Positions 27,048 to 37,483 of a stretch of 64,000 bases of DNA are shown here, one piece after another. Each line of letters starts with the position of its first letter. The stretch's first letter is position 1. Both the position numbers and the translations under genes were made by a program. A model generated the notes under the pieces. That model did not search any database and had not been told where the DNA came from. It saw nothing but the letters and a program-made list of their open reading frames with translations. Origin of the DNA: Desulfatiglandales bacterium (GTDB taxonomy: Bacteria > Desulfobacterota > DSM-4660 > Desulfatiglandales > Desulfatiglandaceae); assembly GCA_963662465.1 (NCBI GenBank), contig OY759599.1:2944001-3008000 (forward strand). The letters run 5' to 3'.

Positions 27048-28387
27048 GATGACGCCCCCGGCGGCCCATACACTTCCCGGAGGGCCTCCTCCAGAATGGA
27101 CAGACAAACATCGATTTCTTCCCCACTCACCGAAAGGGCCGGACAGAAACGGATGTTGTTTTCGCCGCATCCGAGCAACAGAAGCCCCCGGCGAAACGCG
27201 GCCTGGATGATATTGCCGCGACCTTGATGATCCGGCGTTTTACGCTCCCGGTCTTTCACCAGTTCCATGGCAACCATGAGGCCCTTTCCCCGAACATCGC
27301 CCATGCATTCGTATTCTTTTTGCAGGACCCGCAAACCGGACAGCAGCCGACGGCCCTGAACGTCCGCGTTTTTCATGTAGCCGGTTTGGAGCAGCTCGAT
27401 GGTTGCCAGGGCAGCGGCGCAGGAGACGGGATTGCCGCCGAAAGTGGACGCATGGGACCCTGCTTTCCAGGTCATAATGTCCGCGTCCGCCACCATGGCG
27501 CCCAACGGCATGCCGGATGCAATGCCCTTGGCCAGGGCCATCATATCCGGCTGCACCCCGAAGTGTTCCATGGCAAACATTTTGCCGGTTCGCCCCATGC
27601 CGGACTGGACTTCGTCCGCCACATAAAGAATTTGATAATTCTCCGCGATCTGCTTCAATTTTTGATGAAATTCAGGGGGAGGAACAATGTAACCCCCCTC
27701 TCCCTGTATAGGCTCAACGATAATGGCCGCCACCTCTTCCGCCGGAAGGGTGGTTCTGAAGAGGGTCTCTTCTATCCACTGAACGCAATAAATATTGCAT
27801 TCCGGATAACTCAGGTGGTAGGGACATCGATAACAGTAAGCATAAGGGATATGCGTGATTCCCGGCACCAGGGGGAAGTAATTTTTTTTCTGGATGGCCT
27901 TGCTGGCCGTAAGGGAAAGGGCGCCCATGGTCCGACCGTGAAAGGCGCCGAAAAACGCGATATTCAGATCCCGGCGGGTATGCCGGCGGGCCAGCTTAAA
28001 AGCGGCTTCAACGGCCTCCGCCCCCGAGTTGCCGAAATAGACCTTTCTCGGACGATTTCCCGGCGCCAGGGTGGCCAGTCTCTCCGCAAGGCGGATCTGC
28101 GGCGCATAATAAAAATCGGTGCCGGACATGTGCAGGAGCCGATCCGCCTGGTTTTTAATGGCCTGAACCACCTCCGGATGGCAGTGCCCGGTGGCGCACA
28201 CCGCAATGCCTGCGGTAAAATCGAGGAATTCATTCCCATCCACATCCTTTAACCAGAGCCCGGCGCCGGTGTCAGCCACCAGGGGGTAGGCCCGGGTGTA
28301 GGAAGGGGAAACATACCGGTCATCCAACTGTATCCATTTGCTTGCGTTGGGACCGGGAAGAGCGGTTCGGATGGCGGGTTTTTTCAT
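27044..28387 (-). CDS. Class III PLP aminotransferase (4-aminobutyrate/ornithine/lysine type)
   Basis: DFTAGIAV..TGHCHP, NSGAEAVEAA, FHGRT, EPIQGEGG, DEVQSGMGRTG, AKGIASG. Confidence 0.92.
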   Translation of the reverse strand: MKKPAIRTALPGPNASKWIQLDDRYVSPSYTRAYPLVADTGAGLWLKDVDGNEFLDFTAGIAVCATGHCHPEVVQAIKNQADRLLHMSGTDFYYAPQIRLAERLATLAPGNRPRKVYFGNSGAEAVEAAFKLARRHTRRDLNIAFFGAFHGRTMGALSLTASKAIQKKNYFPLVPGITHIPYAYCYRCPYHLSYPECNIYCVQWIEETLFRTTLPAEEVAAIIVEPIQGEGGYIVPPPEFHQKLKQIAENYQILYVADEVQSGMGRTGKMFAMEHFGVQPDMMALAKGIASGMPLGAMVADADIMTWKAGSHASTFGGNPVSCAAALATIELLQTGYMKNADVQGRRLLSGLRVLQKEYECMGDVRGKGLMVAMELVKDRERKTPDHQGRGNIIQAAFRRGLLLLGCGENNIRFCPALSVSGEEIDVCLSILEEALREVYGPPGASS

Positions 28388-28545
28388 GGAACCTCCTCTT
28401 GTTCTTGTCGTTAAAATGTTTTATGATGTTAGAAGAATATGCGCTGCATGTCAAAAAAACATTCAACATTCTTCGATAAAAGATGTTATCTTGGTTCAAT
28501 TTCTATTAAAACCAATTGAAAACTGACAATGGAGGACGTTTATTT

Positions 28546-29421
28546 ATGCGAGTTACACATTTATACAAGAGTGACAACCCGGTTATTTCCATGGAGTTTT
28601 TCCCACCGAGGAACGATAAGGCAATCGAAACTTTTGACAAAACAATCAATAGCCTGGCGCAACTGAAGCCTGATTATATATCCATAACATTCGGCGCCGG
28701 CGGTTCCACCAGGGATGGCTCCTATCAAACGGTTAAACAATTAATGCTGGATAAGCATCTGCCTACGGTGGCATATATCGCCGGATACGGACTTGCCCCC
28801 CATGAAATCATTGAAGTCCTGGACAACTACAAAGCGTTGGGGGTTGAAACCATTTTTGTAATCCGAGGCGATAAACCAAAAGGAGACGATGTTGCGGCGC
28901 CCCCCGATGCCTTTCACTACGCGTCTGAGATGATTTCGTTCATCAAAGAGCGCTATGATTTTACACTGGGATGCGCTGGATACCCTGAAGGTCATATTGA
29001 TGCTGAAAGCCTCGATAAAGACATCGAATATCTGAAACTTAAAGTTGACAATGGCGCGGAGTATGTTGTTGCACAGTATTTTTATGACAACGCCTATTTT
29101 TTTGACTTTGTCGCCAAGTGCCGAGCCATTGGCATTGATGTCCCCATTATACCGGGCATCATGCCGGTGTACACAGTCAAGATGACCCGGATGTTATCCA
29201 AAGTTTGTGGTTCAACCATTCCCGATAAATTGCAACGTAAACTCGACGCAGTGGACCCGGAGGATAAAGACGCAGTTTTAAAGTTGGGAATAGATTTCGC
29301 CACGGAGCAATGCATGGGGTTGTTGAAAAAAGGCGTCGACGGGCTTCATTTTTACACCATGGACCGCGCTAAATCCACAACTGAGATTATCAATAGCCTG
29401 AGGCATGAAAAACTGTTGTAA
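28546..29421 (+). CDS. metF: 5,10-methylenetetrahydrofolate reductase
   Basis: SMEFFPPR, SITFGAGGS, RGD, AGYPEGH, LKLKVDNGA, IIPGIMP, GLHFYTM. Confidence 0.9.
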   Translation: MRVTHLYKSDNPVISMEFFPPRNDKAIETFDKTINSLAQLKPDYISITFGAGGSTRDGSYQTVKQLMLDKHLPTVAYIAGYGLAPHEIIEVLDNYKALGVETIFVIRGDKPKGDDVAAPPDAFHYASEMISFIKERYDFTLGCAGYPEGHIDAESLDKDIEYLKLKVDNGAEYVVAQYFYDNAYFFDFVAKCRAIGIDVPIIPGIMPVYTVKMTRMLSKVCGSTIPDKLQRKLDAVDPEDKDAVLKLGIDFATEQCMGLLKKGVDGLHFYTMDRAKSTTEIINSLRHEKLL

Positions 29422-29442
29422 ACAGATTTTTCAGTTTACATG

Positions 29443-29471
29443 GTGCCTGAACGAAAACCCCGTTCAGGCAC
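29443..29471 (+). terminator. Rho-independent terminator
   Basis: GTGCCTGAACG-loop-CGTTCAGGCAC followed by T-rich heptamers. Confidence 0.6.
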
Positions 29472-29533
29472 GGTTTTAGGTTTTAAGTTTTAAGTAAAAA
29501 AACGCAACAACAGCATCTGGAAAAGGACAATAA

Positions 29534-30445
29534 ATGGACCCAATATCACAAAAAGTCAACCAATGGATCGACAGCGGTAGAGACCCCAGAAGCGCCCACT
29601 GGCAGGGCGGACTTGAGGCAATACTTGATGTATTTTCATCCTATGTAGAACCCGGAAAACTCACTCCGGTTGCCCCGCTTGAGGAAGATGACATTCATAT
29701 TTTCAGGTTGGCCATGGCGGCCGTTGATCTGAGTCCCAACCTGATCGCTGTTTTTTTGCCGCCCTCCATTGCAGGGTCCGTTATTCCACCTGAAACAGCC
29801 GAAGAACTCCAAAGGATCGATAAGAAAGAGCCCTCCTACAAGATCATCATTGCCCGGCCCGGCAAGGAGATCAGAATCGTGTGCGCCGAAATTTCAGACA
29901 GGGCCGCCAAACCGGGATTCGACATTTTCCAGTCAGGCGCCCTTCTCGGAACTTATGATTTTCCTTCCCAGGAGGTGTGCCTGTCCGAACTTACCAAAAT
30001 CATCCGGGCCCATGCCTGGGAAAAAGGCGCCTGGAGCCGGGAAGACCATAAAAGGTACACCATCAACTGGTTTGAACGAAGCATGGATCTTTCCAGGGGC
30101 GATCTTCGCGTAGAACAGAGCCGCTCCTTTTTCCACAGCCCCACCCTGATAAAGAGCAACCGGGTCGACGCGCTGTTCATCCTCATCCATGACATCCTTA
30201 TCAAACACTTCAATGATCCTGAGGACCCCTTGAGCCTTGCCGCGGCATCCATCAAGGCCATGGAGGATCAAACCCTCCGCTCAAAAAAATTAGAAGACCT
30301 TGCGAGCCAGGGAGTATTTGGGCTTTTGAACCGGATAAAACAGCTGGAGATCATGAAATTCGACGAATTTTCAAACGTTGAAAACGAGCAGTTTAAAAAC
30401 GAGGCATCAAGAGTCATACTGAGGGTGGCTGACAAGATTTCCTGA
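29534..30445 (+). CDS. Hypothetical protein
   Basis: 303-aa ORF with AAGGA RBS filling the gap; no recognised motif. Confidence 0.75.
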   Translation: MDPISQKVNQWIDSGRDPRSAHWQGGLEAILDVFSSYVEPGKLTPVAPLEEDDIHIFRLAMAAVDLSPNLIAVFLPPSIAGSVIPPETAEELQRIDKKEPSYKIIIARPGKEIRIVCAEISDRAAKPGFDIFQSGALLGTYDFPSQEVCLSELTKIIRAHAWEKGAWSREDHKRYTINWFERSMDLSRGDLRVEQSRSFFHSPTLIKSNRVDALFILIHDILIKHFNDPEDPLSLAAASIKAMEDQTLRSKKLEDLASQGVFGLLNRIKQLEIMKFDEFSNVENEQFKNEASRVILRVADKIS

Positions 30446-30493
30446 TGGAGCGGCACCCATGAAAAAACAGGCGCTAAGCATGTAAACAAAAAA

Positions 30494-30521
30494 AGGGTGT
30501 AAAACAAAAGCGTTACACCCT
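30494..30521. terminator. Terminator between convergent genes
   Basis: AGGGTGTAA...TTACACCCT preceded by an A-run (U-tract on the minus strand). Confidence 0.55.
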
Positions 30522-30551
30522 CAAAGCTTACAATTTCAATGCCGACAACGG

Positions 30552-30971
30552 TTAGAACGGAATATCGTCGTCAGGGAGATTCGGCGGCGGTTCGTCGGGG
30601 AAATCGCCTTGAGGCGCCTTGTTGCTCATCCTGTCGCCCGGCGATCCCAACATCTGCATTTTGTAGGCAACGACTTCCGTGGTATACCGTTTGATTCCAT
30701 CCTTATCTTCCCATGCCCTGGTTTGAAGGCTTCCCTCAATGTAGACCTGGCTTCCTTTTTTCAGATACTCCCCGCAAATCTCTCCAAGCCGCCGCCAGGC
30801 CACGATCCTGTGCCATTCCGTTTTTTCCTGTTTTTCGCCGCTATTCTTATCTTTCCACGTTTCTGTCGTGGCAATGGAAAAATTGGCCACCGCCACGCCG
30901 CTGGGTGTATATCGAGTATCCGGATCCGATCCCAGATTCCCCACCAGTATCACCTTATTTACACTCGCCAT
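30552..30971 (-). CDS. ssb: Single-stranded DNA-binding protein
   Basis: [22 protein letters not shown]-terminal DDIPF. Confidence 0.97.
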   Translation of the reverse strand: MASVNKVILVGNLGSDPDTRYTPSGVAVANFSIATTETWKDKNSGEKQEKTEWHRIVAWRRLGEICGEYLKKGSQVYIEGSLQTRAWEDKDGIKRYTTEVVAYKMQMLGSPGDRMSNKAPQGDFPDEPPPNLPDDDIPF

Positions 30972-31202
30972 TCCGTTATCTCCTTTTTTCCGGTCCCATT
31001 CGCGGGACACCCATGGATTACCTGAATGCCGTTTTCATAACACACGGCGCAAAGACAAGTCAAAGGCAATCCGCGCCACCCATGCACTCAAAAAACACCG
31101 ATTCCCTGTTGACGGGAATGACTGAAACGGTTAAGGTGCCGTTTATGCAAAGGATTGAACAACCAATTGATTATAGAGATAAAATGTATCGAGGTACAAC
31201 CC

Positions 31203-32852
31203 ATGTTAAAAATTATACCACTGGGGGGCCTGGGGGAAATCGGCCTCAACATGATGGTCATCCAACACGATTCCCACATGGTGGTTGTGGACGCGGGGTT
31301 GATGTTCCCCGATGATTTTATGCCCGGCGTGGACCTGGTCATCCCCGATTTCACCTACCTCAGAGAAAACCGCGAAAAGATTAAAGCCGTCATTCTCACC
31401 CATGGACATGAAGACCACATCGGCGCCATGCCTTTTTTTCTGAAGGAATTTCCGGTTCCAGTCTTCGGCACGGGGTTTACCCTGGACCTGCTCAGGGAAA
31501 AGCTGAAAGAACATATCCTGCCCAAAGATGCCGACCTGAACACCATTATTCCAGGAGAAATCACTGAAATAGGCCCCTTCAAGGTAGAATTCATTCGCGT
31601 TAACCACAGCATTGTGGACGGGGTGGGTCTGGCCGTGGAAACGCCGGAAGGCCTCATTGTCCATTCCGGAGATTTCCGAATCGATCCCACGCCGGTGGAT
31701 GAACAGATGACGGATCTCATCCGTTTTGCCCATTTCGGAGAAAAAGGCGTCCTGGCCTTTTTTTCCGACTCCACCAACGCTGAAAAAGAAGGCTACACCC
31801 TCAGTGAACGGGACGTCAAAAAAACCCTGGGGGATTTCTTTCAAGCCAGCCGGGGAAGACTGATTATCGCCAGCTTTGCTTCCAATATCACGCGAATCCA
31901 GGAAGTCATATCCCTGGCGGAGCAATTTGGCCGAAAGGTGGTTTTCAACGGAAAAAGCATGATCACCAATGTGGGGATTGCCAAAACCCACGGATTTATC
32001 CATTATCCCGAAGAACTCGAGATCACGGAAAAAAAGATTCAATCCCTTCCGGACCACCAGGTGGTCATTATCACCACCGGCAGCCAGGGAGAACCCATGA
32101 GCGCCCTGAGCCGGATGGCCAGAGGTCAGCACAAGGGCATTGCCATACGCAAAGGCGACACCATCATCCTTTCCTCCAGGTTTATACCCGGCAACGAAAA
32201 GGCCATCACATCGGTCATCAACAAGCTGTATCGTTTGGGAGCGGATGTGATTTATGAAAAAGTCTCCGACATTCATACATCAGGACACGCGCGGCAGTCA
32301 GAATTAAAGATCATGTTGAGCCTCGTTAAGCCCCGATATTTCATACCGATTCACGGGGAATACCGACACCTGGTCAAACACGCCCGGATCGCCCGGGACA
32401 TGGGAATGGACGAGGATCATGTGCTGATTGCGCAAGATGGCGATGTCATCTGCTTTGAAAAGGGCTCAGGAAAAATAAAAGACACGATCACAACGGGCCG
32501 GATTTTCGTGGACGGCAAAGGCGTTGGCGACATTGAAGAGACCGTTTTGAGCGACCGACGAAAGCTCAGAAATCACGGCATGGTGGTGGTCCAACTGGTT
32601 TTGGCGCAACAAACAGGTGAAGTTCTCTACGGCCCGGAGATGGTATCCCGAGGCTTTGTATTTGAAGATCAGGGACAATTTATCCTTGAGGACGCCCGAT
32701 GTATCGTGTTAGAGGCGCTTGACGAAGTAAAAAAGACTTCCCCCGTGGATTGCAAAAAACTGGAAGCGGAAATCCGGAGAAGGTTGAAACGCTTTTTCTA
32801 CAAGGTGATCGAGAGAAGTCCCCTCATCATACCGACCATCATCCCCATATGA
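31203..32852 (+). CDS. rnj: Ribonuclease J
   Basis: IIPLGGLGEIGLNM, THGHEDHIG, DSTNA, TGSQGEP, HTSGH, PIHGEYRH. Confidence 0.96.
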   Translation: MLKIIPLGGLGEIGLNMMVIQHDSHMVVVDAGLMFPDDFMPGVDLVIPDFTYLRENREKIKAVILTHGHEDHIGAMPFFLKEFPVPVFGTGFTLDLLREKLKEHILPKDADLNTIIPGEITEIGPFKVEFIRVNHSIVDGVGLAVETPEGLIVHSGDFRIDPTPVDEQMTDLIRFAHFGEKGVLAFFSDSTNAEKEGYTLSERDVKKTLGDFFQASRGRLIIASFASNITRIQEVISLAEQFGRKVVFNGKSMITNVGIAKTHGFIHYPEELEITEKKIQSLPDHQVVIITTGSQGEPMSALSRMARGQHKGIAIRKGDTIILSSRFIPGNEKAITSVINKLYRLGADVIYEKVSDIHTSGHARQSELKIMLSLVKPRYFIPIHGEYRHLVKHARIARDMGMDEDHVLIAQDGDVICFEKGSGKIKDTITTGRIFVDGKGVGDIEETVLSDRRKLRNHGMVVVQLVLAQQTGEVLYGPEMVSRGFVFEDQGQFILEDARCIVLEALDEVKKTSPVDCKKLEAEIRRRLKRFFYKVIERSPLIIPTIIPI

Positions 32853-32865
32853 GCATGCCAAGAAG

Positions 32866-35160
32866 ATGAAAAGAAAGAAACCATTAACCTCCAAATCCGG
32901 TAAAGAGGAACCGCAATCCAAATCCCCTCACCCCCCCGCTACCGGGCATCCGCTCAAAAAAGAAATCCGGGGGCTTATGTTGCTGTTGCTGGCGGTGGTT
33001 CTGGGCGGCAGTCTTCTCTCTTATTCTCCCCATGATAGACTCATCTGGAATGTTGCGGGCGCCCTGGGCAAGGCTCACAACCTGTTTGGAACCGTGGGCG
33101 CCCATCTATCCGGCGGCCTGTTCGATCTTCTGGGCTTTGGCGCATTCTGGACGCCATTAATCTTCTTTGCCCTGTCTCTCATGGCATTCAAGAATCGCTC
33201 GCCCTTATCGCCCGTCAAAAGCATGATCTGCATTCTAATCATGTTCGCGTCATTTTCCGCCCTCTTAAACCTTCAGTTTCAAGAAGGGGTATCCTACCAA
33301 GGAACCGTCATGGCGGCCGGAGGACTCATCGGTCTTCACGTAGCGGGGTTATCCATCAGCATTTTGAATTTTTTCGGATCCTATATCTTCCTTGCCGCCA
33401 TTTTCACAATCTCACTGCTGGCGGTGACCCGCCTTTCCCTGGGATGGATTTTCTCCCGACTGAGATTATGGATACTGGGGGTATTCAAAAAAATCAAGGA
33501 AATCGCAACCAAAAGAAAGGATTGGGGAAAAAAGCCGGAAAAAACACTGAAGGAACAGGAAAAAAGGGCGGTAAAAACCCCGGTGGTCCGGGACAAAATC
33601 AAGAAAAAACCGAAAGTCAACATCGTGGAACCCCTTAGAAAAGACCCCCCGCCCCTTCCCCGGCAGGAAAAACTTCCTTTTATGCAAAGGCCTGGGGAAT
33701 TTAAACTCCCCTCCCTGGATCTTTTGCGCGTCCCTCCGGAAAACAAGAATGTCACCTTTCAGCGGGAAACCCTTGAAAGGAATGCCCGCCGTCTGGAAAA
33801 AAAGCTCGAAGACTTCGGCGTAGAGGGAGAGGTGGTGGAAATCCTTCCAGGCCCCGTCATTACCATGTACGAATACAAACCCGCTCCCGGAATCAAAATC
33901 AGCAAGGTAGCGGGTCTTTCAGATGACCTGGCCTTAACCCTCAAAGCCCGGAGCATCCGCATCGTAGCCCCCATCCCCGGCAAAGCCGCCATCGGCATTG
34001 AAATCCCCAATGACCAGCGGGAAATGGTCTATTTACGGGAAATGCTTTCCAGTTCAGCCTATGTGGATACCAACGCCAAACTGCCCATTGCCCTGGGCAA
34101 AGACATCACCGGTTCCGCCGTGGTGGCGGACCTGGCAAAAATGCCCCACCTGCTGGTGGCGGGCGCCACTGGAACCGGCAAGAGTGTTTCCATCAACGCC
34201 ATGATCCAGAGCCTGCTCTATTCACTTTCCCCGGACGTGGCGAGATTCCTGATGGTAGACCCCAAACGCATTGAGCTGTCCATCTACCAGGACATCCCCC
34301 ACCTGCTTCACCCGGTGGTCACTGAGCCCAAGGATGCCAACAAAGCCCTCAAATGGGCCGTTCATGAAATGGAGCGGCGCTATATGCTGCTATCGGACAG
34401 GGGCGTCAGAAATATCGATTCCTACAACCAAAAAATCGTAAAACAGCCCAAAAAAAGCGACTCATCCGAAAACAAGGACGAAGAGGGGAGCGAAGACAGG
34501 GGCATTGATCGGCACCTCCCCTATATCATCATTATTATCGATGAACTGGCGGACCTCATGATGGTCTCCTCAAAGGAGGTGGAGGAATCCATCACGCGCC
34601 TGGCTCAGATGGCCCGCGCCGCCGGCATTCACCTAATTATCGCTACCCAGCGACCCTCGGTCAATGTGCTGACCGGCACTATCAAGGCCAACTTCCCAAC
34701 CCGGTTGTCATTCCAGGTCTCTTCAAAAGTGGATTCCCGAACCATCCTGGACACCAACGGCGCCGAAAATCTCCTGGGCGACGGGGACATGCTCTTCATG
34801 CCCCCCGGCGTGGGCCGCATCATGCGCATTCACGGCCCTTATATTTCGGACGAAGAAGTCAAAGGGGTGGCCGATTTTTTGAGAAGTCAGAAAAAGCCGG
34901 ATTACGATACCAGCATCCTTTCCCACATGGTCGAAGAGGAAACCACGGATGAAGAGCCCGTTGAGATGGATGAAAAATTCGATGAAGCCGTGGAATTCAT
35001 CTGCAAAACCGGGCAGGCCTCCATTTCCATGTTGCAGCGCAAACTGCGAGTAGGGTACAATCGGGCCGCACGAATGATTGAAGTGATGGAAACGGAAGGG
35101 ATTGTGGGGCCCTCGGACGGGGTCCGACCCCGGGAAGTCTATGGCAGAAAAGGAGGATAA
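32866..35160 (+). CDS. ftsK: DNA translocase FtsK
   Basis: N-terminal TMs, PHLLVAGATGTGKS, IDELADLMM, ATQRPS, gamma domain LQRKLRVGYNRAAR. Confidence 0.96.
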   Translation: MKRKKPLTSKSGKEEPQSKSPHPPATGHPLKKEIRGLMLLLLAVVLGGSLLSYSPHDRLIWNVAGALGKAHNLFGTVGAHLSGGLFDLLGFGAFWTPLIFFALSLMAFKNRSPLSPVKSMICILIMFASFSALLNLQFQEGVSYQGTVMAAGGLIGLHVAGLSISILNFFGSYIFLAAIFTISLLAVTRLSLGWIFSRLRLWILGVFKKIKEIATKRKDWGKKPEKTLKEQEKRAVKTPVVRDKIKKKPKVNIVEPLRKDPPPLPRQEKLPFMQRPGEFKLPSLDLLRVPPENKNVTFQRETLERNARRLEKKLEDFGVEGEVVEILPGPVITMYEYKPAPGIKISKVAGLSDDLALTLKARSIRIVAPIPGKAAIGIEIPNDQREMVYLREMLSSSAYVDTNAKLPIALGKDITGSAVVADLAKMPHLLVAGATGTGKSVSINAMIQSLLYSLSPDVARFLMVDPKRIELSIYQDIPHLLHPVVTEPKDANKALKWAVHEMERRYMLLSDRGVRNIDSYNQKIVKQPKKSDSSENKDEEGSEDRGIDRHLPYIIIIIDELADLMMVSSKEVEESITRLAQMARAAGIHLIIATQRPSVNVLTGTIKANFPTRLSFQVSSKVDSRTILDTNGAENLLGDGDMLFMPPGVGRIMRIHGPYISDEEVKGVADFLRSQKKPDYDTSILSHMVEEETTDEEPVEMDEKFDEAVEFICKTGQASISMLQRKLRVGYNRAARMIEVMETEGIVGPSDGVRPREVYGRKGG

Positions 35161-35161
35161 C

Positions 35162-35830
35162 ATGCGCAAAATTTTATGGATAATCCCATTGCTGACGGTC
35201 CTGATAAGTTCGCCTGTTTTGGCGGAAGACGCCCTTTCAGATATCCTTCAGGGGATTCAGAATCGTTATGGGCACACGTCAGGGCTTTCCGTTCCCTACA
35301 CCCGGGACGTCATCACCCGCTCCATGAGCCTGCTGGGGACTCAGGCCAAAGGGGATTTAGCATCCGGCGTCATTCACTTCAAATCCCCTCACTTTCTGAG
35401 GCTGGACCAGGAAATGCCGGCATCCGAAACCATCATTGCCAATGATGAGATTTTATGGTGGTACATCCCCGACAAAAAGGAGGCCCACCAGTACCAGGCG
35501 AAAGATTTCGGCAAGGAACTCAGGTTGCTGGGTGATATTTTCAGTGGACTGGCCGAGGTTAAAGACCGTTTTCAGGTACAATTACAGGAACCTGAGGAGA
35601 ATGGAGACTACAGAATTTTATTGACCCCCGATCCGCCCTGGCAGGAAATTGATCGCATCGCCCTCACCCTAAGCCCCGCATATGAAATCCGTTGCGTCCG
35701 GATTTTTAATGCCTTGGGGAGCGTCACCCGGTTCAACCTGGGCGATTTCACCCTGGGAAAAACCTTTGCAAAAGGCTTCTTTGAATTTGTTGCGCCGCCG
35801 GGAGTCAAGGTCATTCCAGAATCTTCTTAA
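35162..35830 (+). CDS. lolA: Outer membrane lipoprotein carrier LolA family
   Basis: Signal peptide, ASG..HFKSP..LR, LWWY.P, F.F..PPGVKV; directly after ftsK. Confidence 0.8.
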   Translation: MRKILWIIPLLTVLISSPVLAEDALSDILQGIQNRYGHTSGLSVPYTRDVITRSMSLLGTQAKGDLASGVIHFKSPHFLRLDQEMPASETIIANDEILWWYIPDKKEAHQYQAKDFGKELRLLGDIFSGLAEVKDRFQVQLQEPEENGDYRILLTPDPPWQEIDRIALTLSPAYEIRCVRIFNALGSVTRFNLGDFTLGKTFAKGFFEFVAPPGVKVIPESS

Positions 35831-35885
35831 TTTTTGCCAGCAGCATTTCCCGATCAGGGGGTATCCTCATAACCTAGGCATTGCT

Positions 35886-36974
35886 CTAAGTTTTTCTTTT
35901 GTCAAGAAGGTCATAGGAAATGGCATCCTGTGGCAGAGCCACGATGGCATCCTCCTCACGAAGCCGTGGCAAACAAATGTTGACCCGCGTCCAAAGGCCC
36001 TGTTGACTCTCGATGAAAACCGTTCCCTTATGGAGCCGAACGATTTCCCGGACAATGGCAAGGCCGAGTCCCGCCCCACCGTGTTTTGTGGAACGGGATT
36101 TATCCACCCGATAGAACGGCTCAAACACCTTAGGCAAATCTTCTTTGGGGATACCCGGGCCGGTATTGTAGAGTGTAAGATGTATCCGGCCCTTCTCTGT
36201 AAAAGCTTTAAATACTATCCGGCCTTCTTCCGCATTGTATTTGATGGCATTGTCCAAAAAGGAAAACTGGAATCGATCAAACATTTCGTTCAGGCAGGCA
36301 GCAAGGTCATGGATCTCATCGCGGCTCCTGCTCAGAGGGATTCTTTTCTCCAGCGTGTTTTCGTTAATATCGCGGGCCAGTTGGTTGATGGCGGCAATGG
36401 GCTTCACGATCCGGCCTGCCAGCACATAGCTCAATCCTACCAGCAAGATCGTCGATACCACCAAACCAATACCGATGGCGGCCAGTAAATCGGAAATTTC
36501 CTCTTCCAGGTCTTCCATGGGCTTGGCAATCTGGATCAGATAGGGTACACCCCTGATATCTTCAGCAAAGCTCCGCACTCTGAATGTGACATTATCCTCG
36601 TCGCCCTGGTGAAGATCCATCCGTTTTTTGGGGACTTGTTCGCTGATCATGTACGCCTCTTCACCTTTGTCCCGATACAAGGGGAGATCCACCAGCCTGG
36701 ACAACTCCGATTCATATACCGTACGCAGGTCCTGATCGTACACCTTTATCCAATAATGCTCCGAAGAAACAGGCAGCACGATTTCCGGCGCGCCCATCAA
36801 CGGTTTTATCCTGACCAGTTGCTTTGCCACGGCGGCCGCGGCCGTCTTCAACTGCGCGTCAATCATTTCCAAAGGCTGTTCCCGAAGTTCCAGAAAAACC
36901 ACCAGCGAAAAGACCAAACTGGTAAAAAACCCGGCGCCGGCAACCCAGAGCATGATCCTGTGACGGATTTTCAT
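35886..36974 (-). pseudogene. Sensor histidine kinase with in-frame loss of the HisKA domain
   Basis: HAMP (..LNEMFDRFQFSF) joins directly to the N-box LDNAIKY at ~36258; no H-box. Confidence 0.75.
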
Positions 36975-37483
36975 CAGTCTTTTTCCTTGATAATGTAGCC
37001 GACGCCCCGGATGGTCCTGACAATCCCGCCGTTGACATCTCCGATCTTGTGCCGCAGGTTTTTGATATGGACGTCGATATAGTTGGACATGGTAAAGGGA
37101 TCAAAATCCTCACCCCAGACATGTTCCGCCAGGCTGAAACGCGATACGGCCCGGTTCTTGTTGTACAAAAGAAACTCTAAAATGGCGAACTCCTTGGGAG
37201 TCAACTGCACGGGCTTGCCACCGGCCGTCACCTCGCGACCGATAGTGTTCAGTTGGATGTCGTCGATTTCCAGAATGGGCGTGGCATGTTCCGTGACCCT
37301 TCGGAGCAGGGCGCGCACCCGCGCCAGCAGCTCGGCCGCGGAAAAGGGTTTGGTCAGGTAGTCGTCCGCCCCCTGGTCAAGCCCCTTGATCCTGTCGTCG
37401 ACCTCGCTCCTGGCTGTCAGCATGAGGACGGGCGTCCCGATTTGGGCTTCACGAACCTCCCGCAACACCAATAACCCGTCTCT
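36974..37483 (-). pseudogene. OmpR family response regulator lacking its N-terminal receiver half, fused in frame to the permease fragment
   Basis: Begins at RDGLLVL..PVLMLTA..GADDYLTKPF; intact winged helix; phospho-acceptor Asp region absent. Confidence 0.8.
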
